Assembly (NCBI GenBank): GCA_964016885.1
Contig: OZ024740.1
Location: 329,220,001-329,284,000 of the forward strand
Direction of reading: 5' to 3'
Origin: Eledone cirrhosa
Lineage: Eukaryota
DNA: 64,000 nt
Position 1 is the first letter of the stretch. The number at the start of each line of letters is the position of its first letter. This document shows positions 26,700 to 41,313 of the stretch, piece after piece. Under the pieces are notes generated by a model that worked only from the letters and a program-made list of their open reading frames with translations, was not told the DNA's origin and searched no databases. The translations under genes were made by a program, and so were the position numbers.

Positions 26700-27134
26700 C
26701 GTACACATAAATGATGGATTCTCTCATCGTGCTCGATGCAAGTAAGTCAAACAATTCTAATTTGGTTTTTCAGCACAATTTAGTGTTTGTGGATTATAGT
26801 GTCTGTGAGATACCGGTACTATATCGTTGATTTTGGTATGGCTCTTCATTTCAATTTTACTGATTTCCTTCCACCCATAATGACCAGCAGCACATTCTTC
26901 AAATTCTGATGAATGTATAGCAATATGCTTCATATTGTTTAGCGTATCCTTGTATCTAAATAGATTTCTTCCTGCGTTTTCAACTACCGCCTGAAGTAGG
27001 GGATAAATGCGAATTTTCTGCAGTCTTTCATCAGTCATCTTAATAACATCTTAATTGAATTTTCATCAAAAAGGCCTCTAGGTTTTGTATATCTCATTCA
27101 TGAAACAACAGTTCATTAGAGATTTTTGTTTAAA

Positions 27135-27212
<78 letters not shown>

Positions 27213-29141
27213 TTATAATTGAGCCTATGTGTGTTTGTCTTTTTGTGTGTGCGATTATAGGCTTGTGCGGGTATTTATATCTGTGTGAGGAGCCGTCAAT
27301 TCATTTACGTACACATAATTCATTAAACTCAGTTGTTTCTGAATGCCATAACATTCCTGTCCTACAAGTACTGTTCAGTAAATAAATCCCCAATTTTTAA
27401 ACAATTAGTACAGGTGCGGATATGATTGAGTAAACCGTTCAAGGCGGTGTCCATACCTGGCCGAATTCATTAATGCATACAATAGTAATAATGCATACAA
27501 AAGAAAGCAACAAAATTAAGCTTCACGCTAAGTTTATCTTTTATGATATCATCAATTACTTGTTGCAAAGTTTGATATACACAATCTATTGAATAACAAT
27601 TGTATATTTCTTGTAATTATGTTTTAAATCTTTTAGAGTTAGAGAACCAATACAGACACAATATAGAAATGTTTGAAAATCTGAAGTCAAGAAATATATT
27701 GCAAATAATAAATATAAATACAGTATATACTGCATTAGTTCGTGTTAGCTTTACAATTTACGTTTGAATGGGAATTGAAGCATTCACTGTGGGCATTTGT
27801 GATATACATAAAATGATTGAAGCGATGTTATGTTGAATATTTTACGTATCACGAATTTGCCGATGCGTTATAGTATCAGTAAACAATGCCAAAGATTGAG
27901 AGGCTAATTGCTAAGGATAATAGCGAAATGGCCATAATATTACAATATACCGTCGTGACAGAGTGAATAACATGTTAGGTAACACTGTTTAAGCCACCAT
28001 TAAAGAGACGAAACTGACGTTGCTTGAATGCCATTAATCACAGGTCTGCTTGATTAAGATAAATATATGGCTTGCATGACCACAAGGTCACGGTAGCTAA
28101 TAAAGAAATCATTAATCTTGAAAGGCTAGTATTTCAAATTAATGGTTAGAAAACATATCTATTCCTTTATTTATTTTAAATGGATATTACAATGTAGGTA
28201 AATTTGACAGGCAGCAATGAATAGTGGAATAACGACTGCTTGTAGTATGATATTTAGGGTTACATCCATGTATATTAGTGTAAGCTACAAGTGATAATGG
28301 CAGACGAAGGCAAATATGTTGACCTTTAATTAAATCGGATGCAAAAATTAGAATTCATTCTTAATTATTCTTAACATTCTTGTCGCTCAATACAATGTTA
28401 TAAAGTTGATTTCAAATAAATACTCTACGTCGACTTGCCTTTATATCTTTCTCTCTGAATCTCTTGTATTCTCTTTCTTTTTCTTTCTGTCTATACGGCT
28501 AACTCTATGCCTGCCCCACCCACTCTCTTCTATTTCTTGTTTGTTGGAATCAACTTCATATCATATTTATTTCTCCCCTAACCTCTTAATGTATTTTTTT
28601 CTCAAATTTTCCTTTGTCCATTGCGTTATTTTTTTACTCGTCGTCTGTAGTTTATTTTATTAAAGATATACTACATTTGATATAATCTATACATTACAGC
28701 AAATCAAATATCGTATTGTTCACCTCACTTACACGTTATTCTTACTTATGCAAGTTGAATTACTAAAATACACACTTACTAATATATTATTTTCTTTTTC
28801 AACATGTCAAACGGTATTTTTTTTTCAATCGTGAAAACATATTTTTTCATATTTTATACTTCAGTTTACAAAATATCTTTTTATCAATATTTTTTCAGTT
28901 GTATATGATAGTTGGCAGCTGTTATATGAACAACTATGAAAAGAAAAAGATGCCGACATATGTACACATTGACCGTGTCACGAAACTTGTTTACATACAT
29001 ACACTAAGTTACACGCACATACACAGAAAAACATTTTCATTTATGTTTTTGTATCTCATTCAATATCTACGTATACATCTATCGTCATAAACCTAAATCA
29101 CCCCTACACATACACACTAGCAAACACACACACACACACAT

Positions 29142-29255
<114 letters not shown>

Positions 29256-29891
29256 ACACACACACATATAAATGTATATAAGTGTACGTAAATGTATTTA
29301 TTTTACAACCATATAAATAAATACAAACACGCATTTTATTTTTTTATTTCCGTACAAACATATTTCAATATTTGTTTATATATACATTTCGATCTAATAA
29401 GCTTCTCGAAACAACCAACTTATATGATTTCCTCACAAACCTAACAATATGTGAAAGTATAACCTACTTCAAAATTCAATTTCTTTTGAGACTATTTAAG
29501 TTTCTGTCGACTTCACTATTTTCAGTCACTTATCGACATTTGCCATTGTCGTGTCAATCACACATATGCCTTTATTCCTGAATGTATGTATGTATGTATG
29601 AATGTATGTTTGTATGTATGCATGTATGTATGTAAGTATGCATGTATGTATGTTAGTTGCGTTGAAATATATACATTCATATACATACACATACATACAC
29701 ATGTTTATGTAAAAAAAACAACTGCTTATGGATATGTACTTCAAAGCAAAGCTATGATTGACATCATAAGCGCCGATACCAAATAGGATACAAACCGGTC
29801 TACTATATAAGATTTATGTATATATATATGTATGTATATATGTTTATATGTATGTAAGATTTATGTATATATATATGTATGTATATATGTT

Positions 29892-29923
<32 letters not shown>

Positions 29924-29946
29924 TGTATGTATGTATGTATGTATGT

Positions 29947-30358
29947 AGGGAGAGATGACCCCTTAGCCTTTGTCAAGGCAGAATTCTAGGAGAAGGAAAA
30001 CTCTGATATAGCACCTGCAACCCTGATGGTATCCAATGATGTTGACTTGTTCTTCTTTTTGGTAAATATCATCTTGGTTAAGAGAGTGGGACTGGCTTTG
30101 TGCAGTGCCTTTGCTCACTATAAAAGCTTCACGGCACAGGCATTGCTTTATATCTGGAGATCTCTCTGCACTTGTCGTCTCGTGGTACCATGGGCCCAGC
30201 ACTATGTGTCAGTAATTGTCACAAGTGTAGTGTTTGTACCAGAGTTTTCAAGTCGCTGGCTGGACTAAAAAGTCACACTCGTTCAGCGCATCGGTAGGGG
30301 TTCTCCTACATGGATATAAAGTAGTGGCCGTACTCGAAAACGAGTTGGCAGCCACCAT
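29947..30358 (+). mobile_element. Internally deleted (bipartite) RTE-derived non-autonomous element in (TATG)n
   Basis: 5' motif CTAGGAGAAGGAAAACTCTGA typical of RTE 5' UTRs; 3' part encodes the C2H2 C-terminus CSVCTRVFKSLAGLKSHTRSAHR*; (ATGT)n tail. Confidence 0.6.
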
Positions 30359-31940
30359 GTATGTATGTATGTATGTATGTATGTATGTATGTATGTATGT
30401 ATGTATGTGTGGGTGTGTGTAACTCAGAAATGAGCATAACGACTAATTGCTAATGAGTGGCAAACCCAGCTAATGATTTGCTGTTTTTAAGAAAACTATT
30501 TTATAACTATCTCTTAGATTTACTACCGTTTCATGACAACTGGTAGTTTGTATAAAGATATATCGGTTCAGATGTCCAGCACTGGAGAACCATTTGTAGT
30601 ATTGTTCGCAGACATATGTTCTTTTATGTAACGATGATTCATTATTAACTTGCTTTGATTTGTGTAACAATTAGTAGCTAATAATGAACATTGTAATTTT
30701 CGAAACGATATCTATTATTTCTGAATTATTTGCAAGATTCTCACCACGTTTTCAATCCCTGTTTAACATGCAGCATCACCATTTCATGTATTATATCGTT
30801 ATTTTAGATTCCACATATGAATATTATCAGAGATAGAATGGCGCTGATATCTAAATATAAGCCTCCTGAGATTGAATAACTGACTAGTTGGGCGGTAAGA
30901 TATATAAATACTCTTAGAACAGTCTGAATAGCATGTTGTAAAATATGTGGAAAATAATGCAGGAGAAGTGATCTACTCAAAAATAAAATGAAAATAGCTC
31001 TGAACGATTTCTACGAAATCCAACACGCATTTTCATATCAGCGTGGGAGAAATTGATAATATAATAAATTTATAAAGATTGCCAGCTCTTCTGAAAATTA
31101 ACCCATAAGATTCAGGTTTCTGATCGATGCATTTTAATTGTAATTGATAAGATTCTGTTTAAGAAAAGATAAACCAATGTGTAAATGAGCCTATACAGAA
31201 TAGTTCAGCTCAGTATTTGTTGTATATCACGAGAGAAATGTCTTGAGATATATTATATATGTACTTACCATCATTATCTCTGTATTTTGGTAACGCAAAT
31301 CTTCAAATTTGAGGATTTGTATGTTGTTCCAACAGATAATAAATACTATTATACAGAAAGAACCACGTTCTATTTCACTTTACTTTGAATATTCATGTCA
31401 AAACCAGGAGATTTTTTTTATTTTTAGGTTTGTTTAAATACTTTTCCTTTCTCGATAATAGATGAATGAATGTGCATTATTGAAATTTACTGAATTTAAA
31501 ATGGAACAATCGGCGGGGAATGACCATATTAAGCATCACATATTCTTGATACCGTCCAAAGGTCTTGTTTCAAACCTTGATATAAGTTCCACCATTTATA
31601 GATGTAATGGTAGCAATAAAGTTTGCTTGACCATGATTTATCAGAGAATAAATCTAGTTAGTGTAATTTGTTTCAGAATCGTTTCAAAGTTCAATCAACA
31701 ATTATGACTTATGCCCCCGATGTCCTTCTGAATATTTAATTTACCAGTTCAGTCCAGTTTTTCCAGTATATATATGTCATGATAGGACCGTTTGTGAATA
31801 TCGTTTTCCAATGATAAACAATCCTTCACAATCTATCATCACTCTAACTTCAAACCTATGATTTATTTTTCTCTTCCTCCGCTCCCCTCACTAATACCAA
31901 ATCTGAAATTCCTCATTACCACTCTGTTTACATTAATTAC

Positions 31941-32112
31941 ATTGTCAGTATCGGTAGAGGGTCGGACATGCTTTCCAGCATAGTTACGTCCCTTTACGAC
32001 CTGAGTTCCAATCCCGAGTGAGGTTAACTTTGCCTTTCATCCTTACGGGGTCGATAAAATAAAGTAATGTACTGGGTTATTTCTGGCCTTGTGCCGAAAG
32101 TAGAAACAATTA
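31941..32112 (+). mobile_element. tRNA-derived SINE, variant A
   Basis: A box, B box, core and tail present; ATTAATTAC flanking duplication. Confidence 0.85.
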
Positions 32113-32167
32113 ATTACCATCGCTCTTTCGGATCTGCTTTCTCTGTTCTTCCCTAACCATATATCAC

Positions 32168-32258
<91 letters not shown>
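32168..32258. repeat. (TATC)n microsatellite immediately upstream of the Tx1-like LINE
   Basis: Direct reading. Confidence 0.95.
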
Positions 32259-32267
32259 GCTAGCTAG

Positions 32268-35200
32268 ATGTCGTCTGTTTGATAGCGTAGACGTAATTCA
32301 CTTCGCGCAGAAGTTTTGTTCCAATTTATTGCGGAAATTTTGTAAGTTTAATTTTAATTTTGATACTATTGTGTAGCTTGACCCCCCGTCTGAACTGTCA
32401 GGCGGTGAGTCAGCTCATTTTCGCCCCTCCCAGGGGTGAAAAACCTGTTTTTAAAAATTTTGTTGCATAAAATTTCAATTGTCTGGGAGAAATGTTAAAC
32501 GAAGCTAACGAAAATAGTAGTGGTGGTGGTGGTGGTGGTGGTGGGGGGGGGGGGTTACAGCGGTAAGAGTTGTAAGCTCGCACGCTTTAGTCCCCCCTTC
32601 CTTCCCAACTAACGTCATAAAGAAGGAAAGAAAAAATAAAATAAAAACAGACGAATGTGCGGAGAAAAATGTCGACGAAAACACAAATCTGGAGATTGAT
32701 TCCAACAACGAAAAAAAATATGAAAGAATTGCATGACAATATTAATACCACAAACAAAGAAACAACAAACACAAAAATAACATTTGAAAACAACAACATC
32801 ATAACAGAAAGCAAAACAGACGACAAAGTCAACACTAATAACATCTCATTTGCACAAACAACAAAAAAATCTTTAACATACATACCTGAAAATATTTCAG
32901 ATGTGGCACAAAGAATAAAAAAACGCCAAACAATTCATAACTCAAGGGGAAATGGAGCCTTGTCAGTAAAAATGCCCCAAGAACTCACCAAAGATATGGA
33001 AAGTCGGACGGTCGTTTTCCGCACAATCAACAACATCTCAAAAAAGCCACAACAACCAACACAAGCAGAAATTAAAGCGGTACTTAGAGAAGTACTTAAT
33101 GAAGCCACTTTCATAAGAAGAAACAGGCTTTATGGAAGCCTGGCCATTATTATGAAGAACGAATCGGCGGCAAAAAAATATGCTTTGTCGCCGATTCGTT
33201 CGACAAATTTTACCTTTTATCCATCTTATATGGGTGGATGCGATGATGCCAGATATGCTGGCTCATAGCTGGCTTCATCGATCCAGCGAATGACAACGTG
33301 ATTTCCATTGGGAAAACCACAGGCAATGCGTTCAGTGGAACAGGTATAGAACTTGTAGTGCAAATGAAGCCTGAACGCATTGCCCAAATACCCCACAGAA
33401 TCCTATTAGAGGGCCACGGGTATATAAACATTAGCGTAGAGGGGAGAAGGCCGTCCTGTCATATCTGTGCAGGCAGAGGGCACCTGAAGGCGGCTTGTCC
33501 CCAACTCAACAAGAAGAAAACCCTGCTACCAACACCAGCTCCACCACCACCACAACAGATAAACAAGCAACAAAACTCAGTCCCACCCAACCCGTCCCTC
33601 AGTAAAACTACACCACCACCACAGCACAAACAGACACAACACATTACCCCAAAACAAAACACAGTCCCACCAAACTCCTCACTCAATAAAACAACACAAC
33701 CACCGCAGCCACAACACACAACACAGTCTAACATAGTGACATCCATCTCCCCCACAAAGAAAACTAACACGAAAACATTACCAGCAAACATACCTCTTCC
33801 CCCAACACTGAAGATAACCCAACGAATTCGGAGGAAGAAACGGAGTCCTTCAGACAGATTAAAAGGAAAAAAAGAAAACATGTGCAAAACACACAAGGCC
33901 AAACAGCCCCTACCCAAATGTCAACACAATCCAACAAAACACAAAACACCCATCCAGTAACAAACAAAACAAACCTGCCCCTCCCCTCTTCGAAACACTC
34001 ACACCATCCGAAAAAAAGACATTACACTATACTTACATCAACAGAAACAATAATAAATTAAATGAACTCATAAACAATAACCCTTCGGTACAAACCGAAG
34101 GGGTAAACTTTGTTTCTTCAGAAAACTACCCACATTTAAAATTAATAAAGATCCCAATGAACCTCTACCAAAAACTAAAAAAGGATTTTAAGGAGGACGT
34201 AGGACCACCCTCTGTCAAACACATAAACCGCGTCCTCCTAAAAAGCTTTCCCCCTCCCCTTGTCCTCCCCAACACAACTCCAAACACCCCAACCCCACCA
34301 CACACTGACGGCCCCACGCCACCACAAGACACCCCTTCACCCAACACCCACGACCCCATGGAAGTCGTGCGACCCGAACCCCGGGAAGCAGAAAGGTAGG
34401 TCTCTACACTCTCCTTTGGCTTTGCTGCCCACATGGATGTGTTAAGAGTAGGATGTTTGAATGCACGTGGCCTGGGCTCAACTTGGAAGCAAGCAAAGCT
34501 TCTAAATGACCTCAGGTCACGTGGTATAAATGTAATGGTAATCTGTGAGACTCGGATCAGCGTCGTGCGGCAGCTGGCCCCTACCTTCGATGACTTTGAG
34601 GTGCACGCATCTCTCTGTCAACCTGGAGGTGGGGGTGGGGTTGTCGTACTGCTGGAAAAACACCTGGGTCTCGCCGTACAGGTTGTTCACTCGGACCCGG
34701 AAGGTCGTTTGATGGTGCTAGACGTTGGCAGTAGTGGAGGTGCGGCCTTGAGACTGGTTGCCGTCTACTCCGCTTTCGGAGCTGAACGACCCGACTTCTT
34801 CCAGCGTCTGGAGACTTTTCTGTGAACGTCGCGTTCCCTGCTTCTAGCGGGGGACTGGAATGACATCCTAGATGCACGTTGGGACTATGCAGGAGCATGT
34901 CCTAATAGAGGGGGGTGTAACAGCCTCAAGGGGTTACTCGAACGTTTTAACTTGGTCGATAGATTTCGACTAGATTTTCCAACTGTGCCAACCTGGACTT
35001 GGACGAACAACAGTGGTCAATCTAGATCGTACTTAGATAGATTCTTAGTTAGAAGTAAGGATAGGGACATATTAAGCTGTCCAGAAATGCTCACGGTTGG
35101 CTATACAGATCACAAATTAGTGACCTGCGTAGTCAACCTCGAGAGAACACACCGGCAAAAGAGGCTTACAGAGACCGGATTAGCAGATTAGTTAAGGAGA

Positions 35201-38045
35201 GGTTGACGGGTGCAATCGTCAACAACCGATGGTGGGCATCTTTCAAAAGAGAGATTAGAACAGAATCAATAAGTTATAGCAAGATGTTAGCTGCCGATAG
35301 GAATAGGAACGAGAAAGAATTAACAGGTAAATTAGAAGAAGCAATCAAGAGCGAAGATGTGGCCAGAGTGCTGGCATCGAGGACGGCCTTGAGCCAGTTT
35401 TTCGATGCAAAGCACGAAGGCTGCGTCATTCGAAGTAAAATACGTGCTCTAGGTAATGAGGGGGCTAAAGCCGTTGGCTGGGCCCACGTGACAGAAGCTA
35501 AGAGTGGAAATCGATCCACCATCCGGTCTTTGCAAGACGAGGATGGACGGTTGATCCGGTAGCCTAAGCAGATGTGCGAGGCCTTTCAAAGGCACTTTTC
35601 CCGATTGTTTGGGGGAGGCGAGGATCCGGGCGGGGACGTTGATTTCGGTCCATACCTCGACGGCCTGCCGCGTCTCTCAAGCGAAGAGGCAGAGTCCTGC
35701 GAGGGACCAATCTCGGCTGATGAGATCCGGGATGCGCTGAGCCAATGCAGCAGACGCAAATCTCCAGGTCTCGATGGTATACCTTACGAACTTTATTTAG
35801 CAATGCCGGTCTTCTTCTCCGAACTCCTCGAAGCAGTCTACTGCAATTGGCAGCAGAACGGGAGAATTCCTTGTTCTGTAGCCAAGGGCGTAGTCTCGCT
35901 GGTGAGGAAGGACGAGAACAAGGGGTATAGTATGAATAATTTTCGGCCCATAACCCTGCTAAACACAGAGTTAAAGATTTTGGCCAAGGTGTTAGCAAAG
36001 AGGTTGGCGCTTGTCGTGGGTGGCCTGGTGGGAGATGCGCAGACATGTGCTATCCTATCCAGGTCCATTCACGACAACCTCCACCTCATGCGATACACCA
36101 TAGAGAGGGTTGGCAACAAACCCGGCTTCGGTGGGGCCCTGATCAACTTGGATCAGTCTAAGGCGTTCGATAGGGTCGACCATGGTTACCTGGATGCGGT
36201 GCTAGCGGCGGCTGGGTTCGGTCCTGTTTTCAGAGGCTGGATCACTGCCTTACATAGCAACCACATCTATTCTAGGATCAAGGTGAACGGCTACCTTTCG
36301 AAGCCGTTCGAAATCACAAGATCCATTCGACAGGGGTGCCCTCTCTCCTCCCTTCTGTACGTATTGACTCTCCAGCCTTTACTGAGGAAGTTGGAGTTGT
36401 TGCAGGGTATCTCCCTGGAACCAGGATTGAGCAAACTGGTGTCGGCCTACGCCGATGACGTAACAGTAATGGTATCGACCGACTCAGAGATCGAGGCGAT
36501 CGGTACCTTACTGGATGAATACGAAAGGTTGTCAGGAGCGAAACTGAACCGGGAAAAATCCATCGGGCTGTAACTCGGAACGTGAAGAGGCAGACCAATG
36601 CCTCCCGACGGTGTCGTCGGCCACTGGACGGAGGGCCCGGTAAAGTTGCTTGGGGTCTGGTTTGGACTGGACCTCCAGGGAGAAAAGAACTGGGACGAGA
36701 TTACGAACAAGGTGTTTTCACTAACCCAGAAATGGGCCAAGTGTAAGCTGTCCCTAAAAGGCCGGGCGGAGGTGGCGAACATTTACATAGCGTCCGTCAC
36801 TTACTACCGCCTGACTGTCGTGCCTTGCCCTAAGGAAACACTCACCACCATGGAACGCATGCTCTTCCAATTTCTTTGGAAGAAGCGCCCTCCTATGGTG
36901 AGAAGATCCATCTGCTGCCAACAACCTTCGAAAGGAGGGCTGGGGATGCCGTGGTTGATGATGCGTAGGCACGCATTAAGGCTACGGCACCTACAGGTAT
37001 TCCTCGCTGGTCAACCGGTGTGGGGTCCGTTCGTGAAACGAGTCTTTCCGAGACTCGTCTCGCTCACCGAGCTGCAGTCCTGTGTCAAGCAAAGATTCGG
37101 AAAACTGGGAGACTGGCACACTGAGTGTGCCCAGGCGCTCAGGGCTCTCTGGCAAGCGGGCCAGGCCATCGGTGGAGAATCCACCTCATCATTCTATAGA
37201 GGGCTGGTGGCTAGCAGGGGTGATGACACCCTTGGAGAGTCGCTGGACATGGAAGAGGACGAACTGGTCAGCCTGTTCGGTAGGACTTTCGACCCGGGAC
37301 CAATGGACAACTTCCAGAAGTCACTAGCCTGGCAGTGCTACCGGGGGCTCTACCCGTTCGAGAGAGGCTTTACAGACACGGGCGCCCGGGCAGGGATCCC
37401 TCGAAAAAGATTTGCCCTAGATGCGTGCGTCACGAAGAAACCGTTGCGCACGCATTGGTGCAATGTCCGGGCGTGGCTGAGATGTGGGGCTACGCCGAAC
37501 GACTGCTGTCGCGGGTGGCGCCGATTAGATTAACCACCGAGTCCGTGATGACAATCAAGCCGCCTCCTCTCTTCACAAAGGAAGCAAAGGCGGTTTTTCT
37601 GTGCGTAATAGCCATGTTGAAAGAGGTTGTTTGGTGGACACGATTGAAAGGTCTGAGGTCAGGCAACTTCCTCTCTGGCCATAGTGTGGTCTACTTCTTC
37701 CGATATCACTTCGGAAGAAGGATAAGAATGGAGAGAGAGGTGCTTGGCCTCAGGCAGTTTTATGTAAGGTGGGTGATAGTGGCGAGAATGGCTCGTGTAA
37801 ATGGGCCTTCTCTGTATACCATCCTTTAGGTAAAGAAGTGAAGGAGAGGGGAGCACCTTCTCCATGTGCTCCCCGGGCAAAGGATTGCACACTTTTTCGG
37901 GGGTGTGTGCAACCCCCATCACGTCCCCTCCCTTTTGAGGTTGTTTTCGATTATTTTCAATTTATACCCTTTTTACTCGATTTTATGTAAAATTCCCCCT
38001 TTGTATTTGTGCCTTCTTTTTATGCCTTTATGGTAAATAAAGAAA
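32268..38045 (+). mobile_element. Near full-length Tx1/L1-clade LINE (ORF1 Zn-knuckle; ORF2 APE-RT-CCHC), pseudogenised
   Basis: ORF1 CHICAGRGHLKAAC, ending at 34399. ORF2 from 34433: LNARGL, ICET, SYLDRF, TDHKLV; KSPGLDG, FRPITLLN, DQSKAFDRV, RQGCPLS, AYADD; CPRC..ETVAHALVQC. AATAAA at 38036 followed by (TCTA)n. Confidence 0.92.
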
Positions 38046-38062
38046 TCTATCTATCTATCTCC

Positions 38063-40800
38063 CTGACGCGTGGAACATCGCCGGTAAGCATTTTTGTAAA
38101 TTTCTATACCAAAAACTGAACAAATTGCGAAAATTTAATTTAAAAATTGTTTTAAAAAAATCAAATTTTGCCAACTATAAAACATGAATAGCTCGGAAAG
38201 AACGCTGGGGAACGTCGACAGAGAGAAGAGAGGTAGAGAGGCAGATATTAACGTTATATCTGCTTCTGCTACTATGGACGTCGCCATGGACACGACTGTC
38301 AACAAAGAGAACAAACATAATATTACCACTTGAAGATTTTAAAATGTCTACCGTCTAAGCGGAGAAAAATAACACCCAGGAAAACACAGGAATTAAACCT
38401 ATTAATATACATACACATGAAAAAGACAACAACAACTCCATAGATACATGTACACATAAAGTTTCACCTCGTCAAGAAATTGCGATTTCCACCACCGAGG
38501 CTAACAAGGATAACAACAACAACATCAACAACAACACCACAAAAAATATCTTTCGCTGAAACAGTGAACAAAAAACAAGATTTTATAAATCTTGACAACT
38601 CCAATTCAAGAGATATGCTCCTGCAAGGGAGACAATTCGTAACTTTCGAAGACAAGGGTGGGTTTAGAATCAACTCACCCCTCCAAATAAAAGAAGAAAC
38701 AGTTCGAAGGACAGTGACCTTCAGGACTGTCTCCAACACAACGAGAAAGCCAATATTTGTGAGTCAAGCAGACATAGAAGCCACCTTGAAGGAGATTCTA
38801 GCAAATATTGACATTCTCAAATGAGGAAAACAGTACGGATGTATTTCCGTACTGTTTAAAAGCGAGGCACTCGCCCAAAAACATTCTGTACACCAATGGT
38901 GTCAAAAGCATTCACCTTTTTCCCTACGTACATGGGAGAAAAGGACACAAACAAAATATATATATATATATAGCACCAAACATTAACATCTGGTGGATCT
39001 TGGCTGGCTTCGTGGAGCCAGAGACAGATGCCATTCTTTCATTACGAAAGTCTATTAAACAAAGGTGGGCAGGTACTGATTTCGTGATTCTGATGCAAAT
39101 GAGGCCGGAGAGAATCTCCAAAATACCTGAAAAAGTCGTCATCGACGAAAACAAGATAAACATTTCGGTGGAGGGGCGTAAATTTCATTGCTTTCGCTGT
39201 GGTAGCACAACACACCTAAAGGCCTCCTGCCCTTTACAAACACGATCAACCAAAATAATACAAAAGAAAGCACTGTTACCAACACCAACACCAAAACAAC
39301 CACCACTGCAACAACAACAACTCACGAAACAAGCAAACACACCAAAACAAACAGCCAGTCAACCAACAACAACAGAAAAAACACAGACAACACACCTGAA
39401 GAACGCAACCCCACCCCATCCCACTCCATCAAACACTACCACAAACACACACACATTCAAACACCACCACCACACAACTTACCCCTACCCCACACTCATG
39501 ACGATGATTATTCATTAACAGATGAGACTGCTTCCCCTTCTTTAAGTGAAGAAGAAGGAGAGCCTCGGAAATCTAAAAAACAAAAAAAGAGACACCACAA
39601 AACCCCCAAAACTCCAATCACCAACACACAACCACAGACACAAACAACAACACCACAGTCAAACATCCCCCTACCAGCAAAACCAACACCAGCACAACCC
39701 CAAACACAAGTACCCACCATAAAAAGAAAAATCCCAGACGAACAACAAACTAAAACAACACAACAAAAACACAAACAACAAGAGTTTGATGGAGGTCATC
39801 TCCAAAAATTCCAAGGTGGAGTCGGAGGGCAAAACTTTCGTCAAAGCAGAATCGTCTCCAACCCTTAAACTTATAAGGGTTTCTATGGAGACCTATAGTG
39901 ACCTGAAAAATAAATATTCGCAAGACTTGGGCAACCCCTGCCAGAAACCCATGAACCGCGTCCTGTTAAAATGTTTCCCCACCCCACCCAACACTCCTTC
40001 CAGCCCCCAAATGGAGATTGAACAACCCGATCTCCAGGAAACGAAAAGGTAAGTGCACCTTTTCGTCCTTTTTCTCCAACTCTTCTTCACCAACATGGCT
40101 GGTTTACGAGTTGGAAGCGTGAATGTGCGTGGCCTAGTGTTGCCCTGGAAACAGGGCCAACTTTTAAACGACCTTAGGTCACACGATATGGATGTGACAG
40201 CCATCACCGAGTCCAGGATCCACAACAGGCAGCAACTAACCCCCATCTTTGACGACTTTGAGATCTACGCATCTCTCTGTCAGCCAGGAGGTGGAGGGGA
40301 GTGGCTGTCATGTTTCGGAAGAACCTGCACGTCGAAGTACAGCAAGTACACTTAGACCCGGAGGGTAGACTGGTAGTCCTAGACGTGAACAGTATTGGAG
40401 GTGGAGCCTTCAGACTGGTGGCCATTTATGCCCGACCGGGCTATCGCAATCACGGCCAGACTTCTTTAAGCGTCTAGAGTCTTTTCTGGGAACATCTCGC
40501 TCCTTACTTTTAGTGGGGTACTGGAAGGGTATCCTAGATGCTCGATGGTACTATGTGGGAGCATGTCCCAGTAGAGGGGGTGCAACAGCCTCAAAACTTT
40601 AATCGGCCGATTCCAACTGGCCGATAGGTATCGACTGGATTTCCAGACTGCACCACAGTGGACGTGGGCAAACCGCAGCGGGACATCTAGATCGTATTTA
40701 GATAGGTTCTTCATTAGAGAAAGGGACAAGGATATGTTAAGCTGTCCACGAATGCACATGGTTGCCTACTCAGATCACAAATTAGTCATCTGCTTAGTCA
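38063..40800 (+). mobile_element. Second, diverged Tx1/L1-like LINE (5' UTR, ORF1, APE); 3' part missing
   Basis: CFRCGSTTHLKASC; ORF1 stop at 40052; ORF2 MAGLRVGSVNVRGL from 40095; SYLDRF, YSDHKLV. Confidence 0.88.
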
Positions 40801-41110
40801 AACGTGATAGAATACATTGCAGTAGACGGCTTCGAAGATGCCAGAGAACAAGTCCGGCATGCCTATGTAAAACTCATAGAGTAGACCATCTAGAACGGGT
40901 GAATTGCGTTTCCCGCAGCGGCCCAGAGCGTCCTGTATCTCAGTGTTCGTGATCGGTCTTTCGCAGAACTCGGCGTCCGTGTTCGAGAGACGTGGCAGGC
41001 CGTCTAGGTATGAACTAAAGTCCATTGCCCCGTTCGGCTCACCGTTGTTCTGCTCAAACATTCGCGCCCATGTGCTGCTGAAAGGCCGCTCACATTCGCA
41101 TGGAGGCAAG
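40801..41110 (-). mobile_element. Inverted ORF2 fragment of the same LINE family
   Basis: DFSSYLDGLPRLS..CERPIT..EIQDAL..SPVLDGLLYEFY..EAVYCN is homologous to the start of ORF 35572-36573. Confidence 0.85.
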
Positions 41111-41228
41111 TAGCACGCGTCCGTTATATCGCCGGCACCACCACCACCACCACTTCAACTAGCATATATATATAGACAGCGAGAGAGTGTGTGATGAGAT
41201 AGATACAAATAGATAGAGTGATTATGTG

Positions 41229-41313
<85 letters not shown>

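Noticed and set aside
26757-27038. 93-aa ORF as a host exon, and a CTGATGA..GAAA motif
   Set aside because: It weakly resembles a decayed LINE endonuclease, and there are no stems around the motif.
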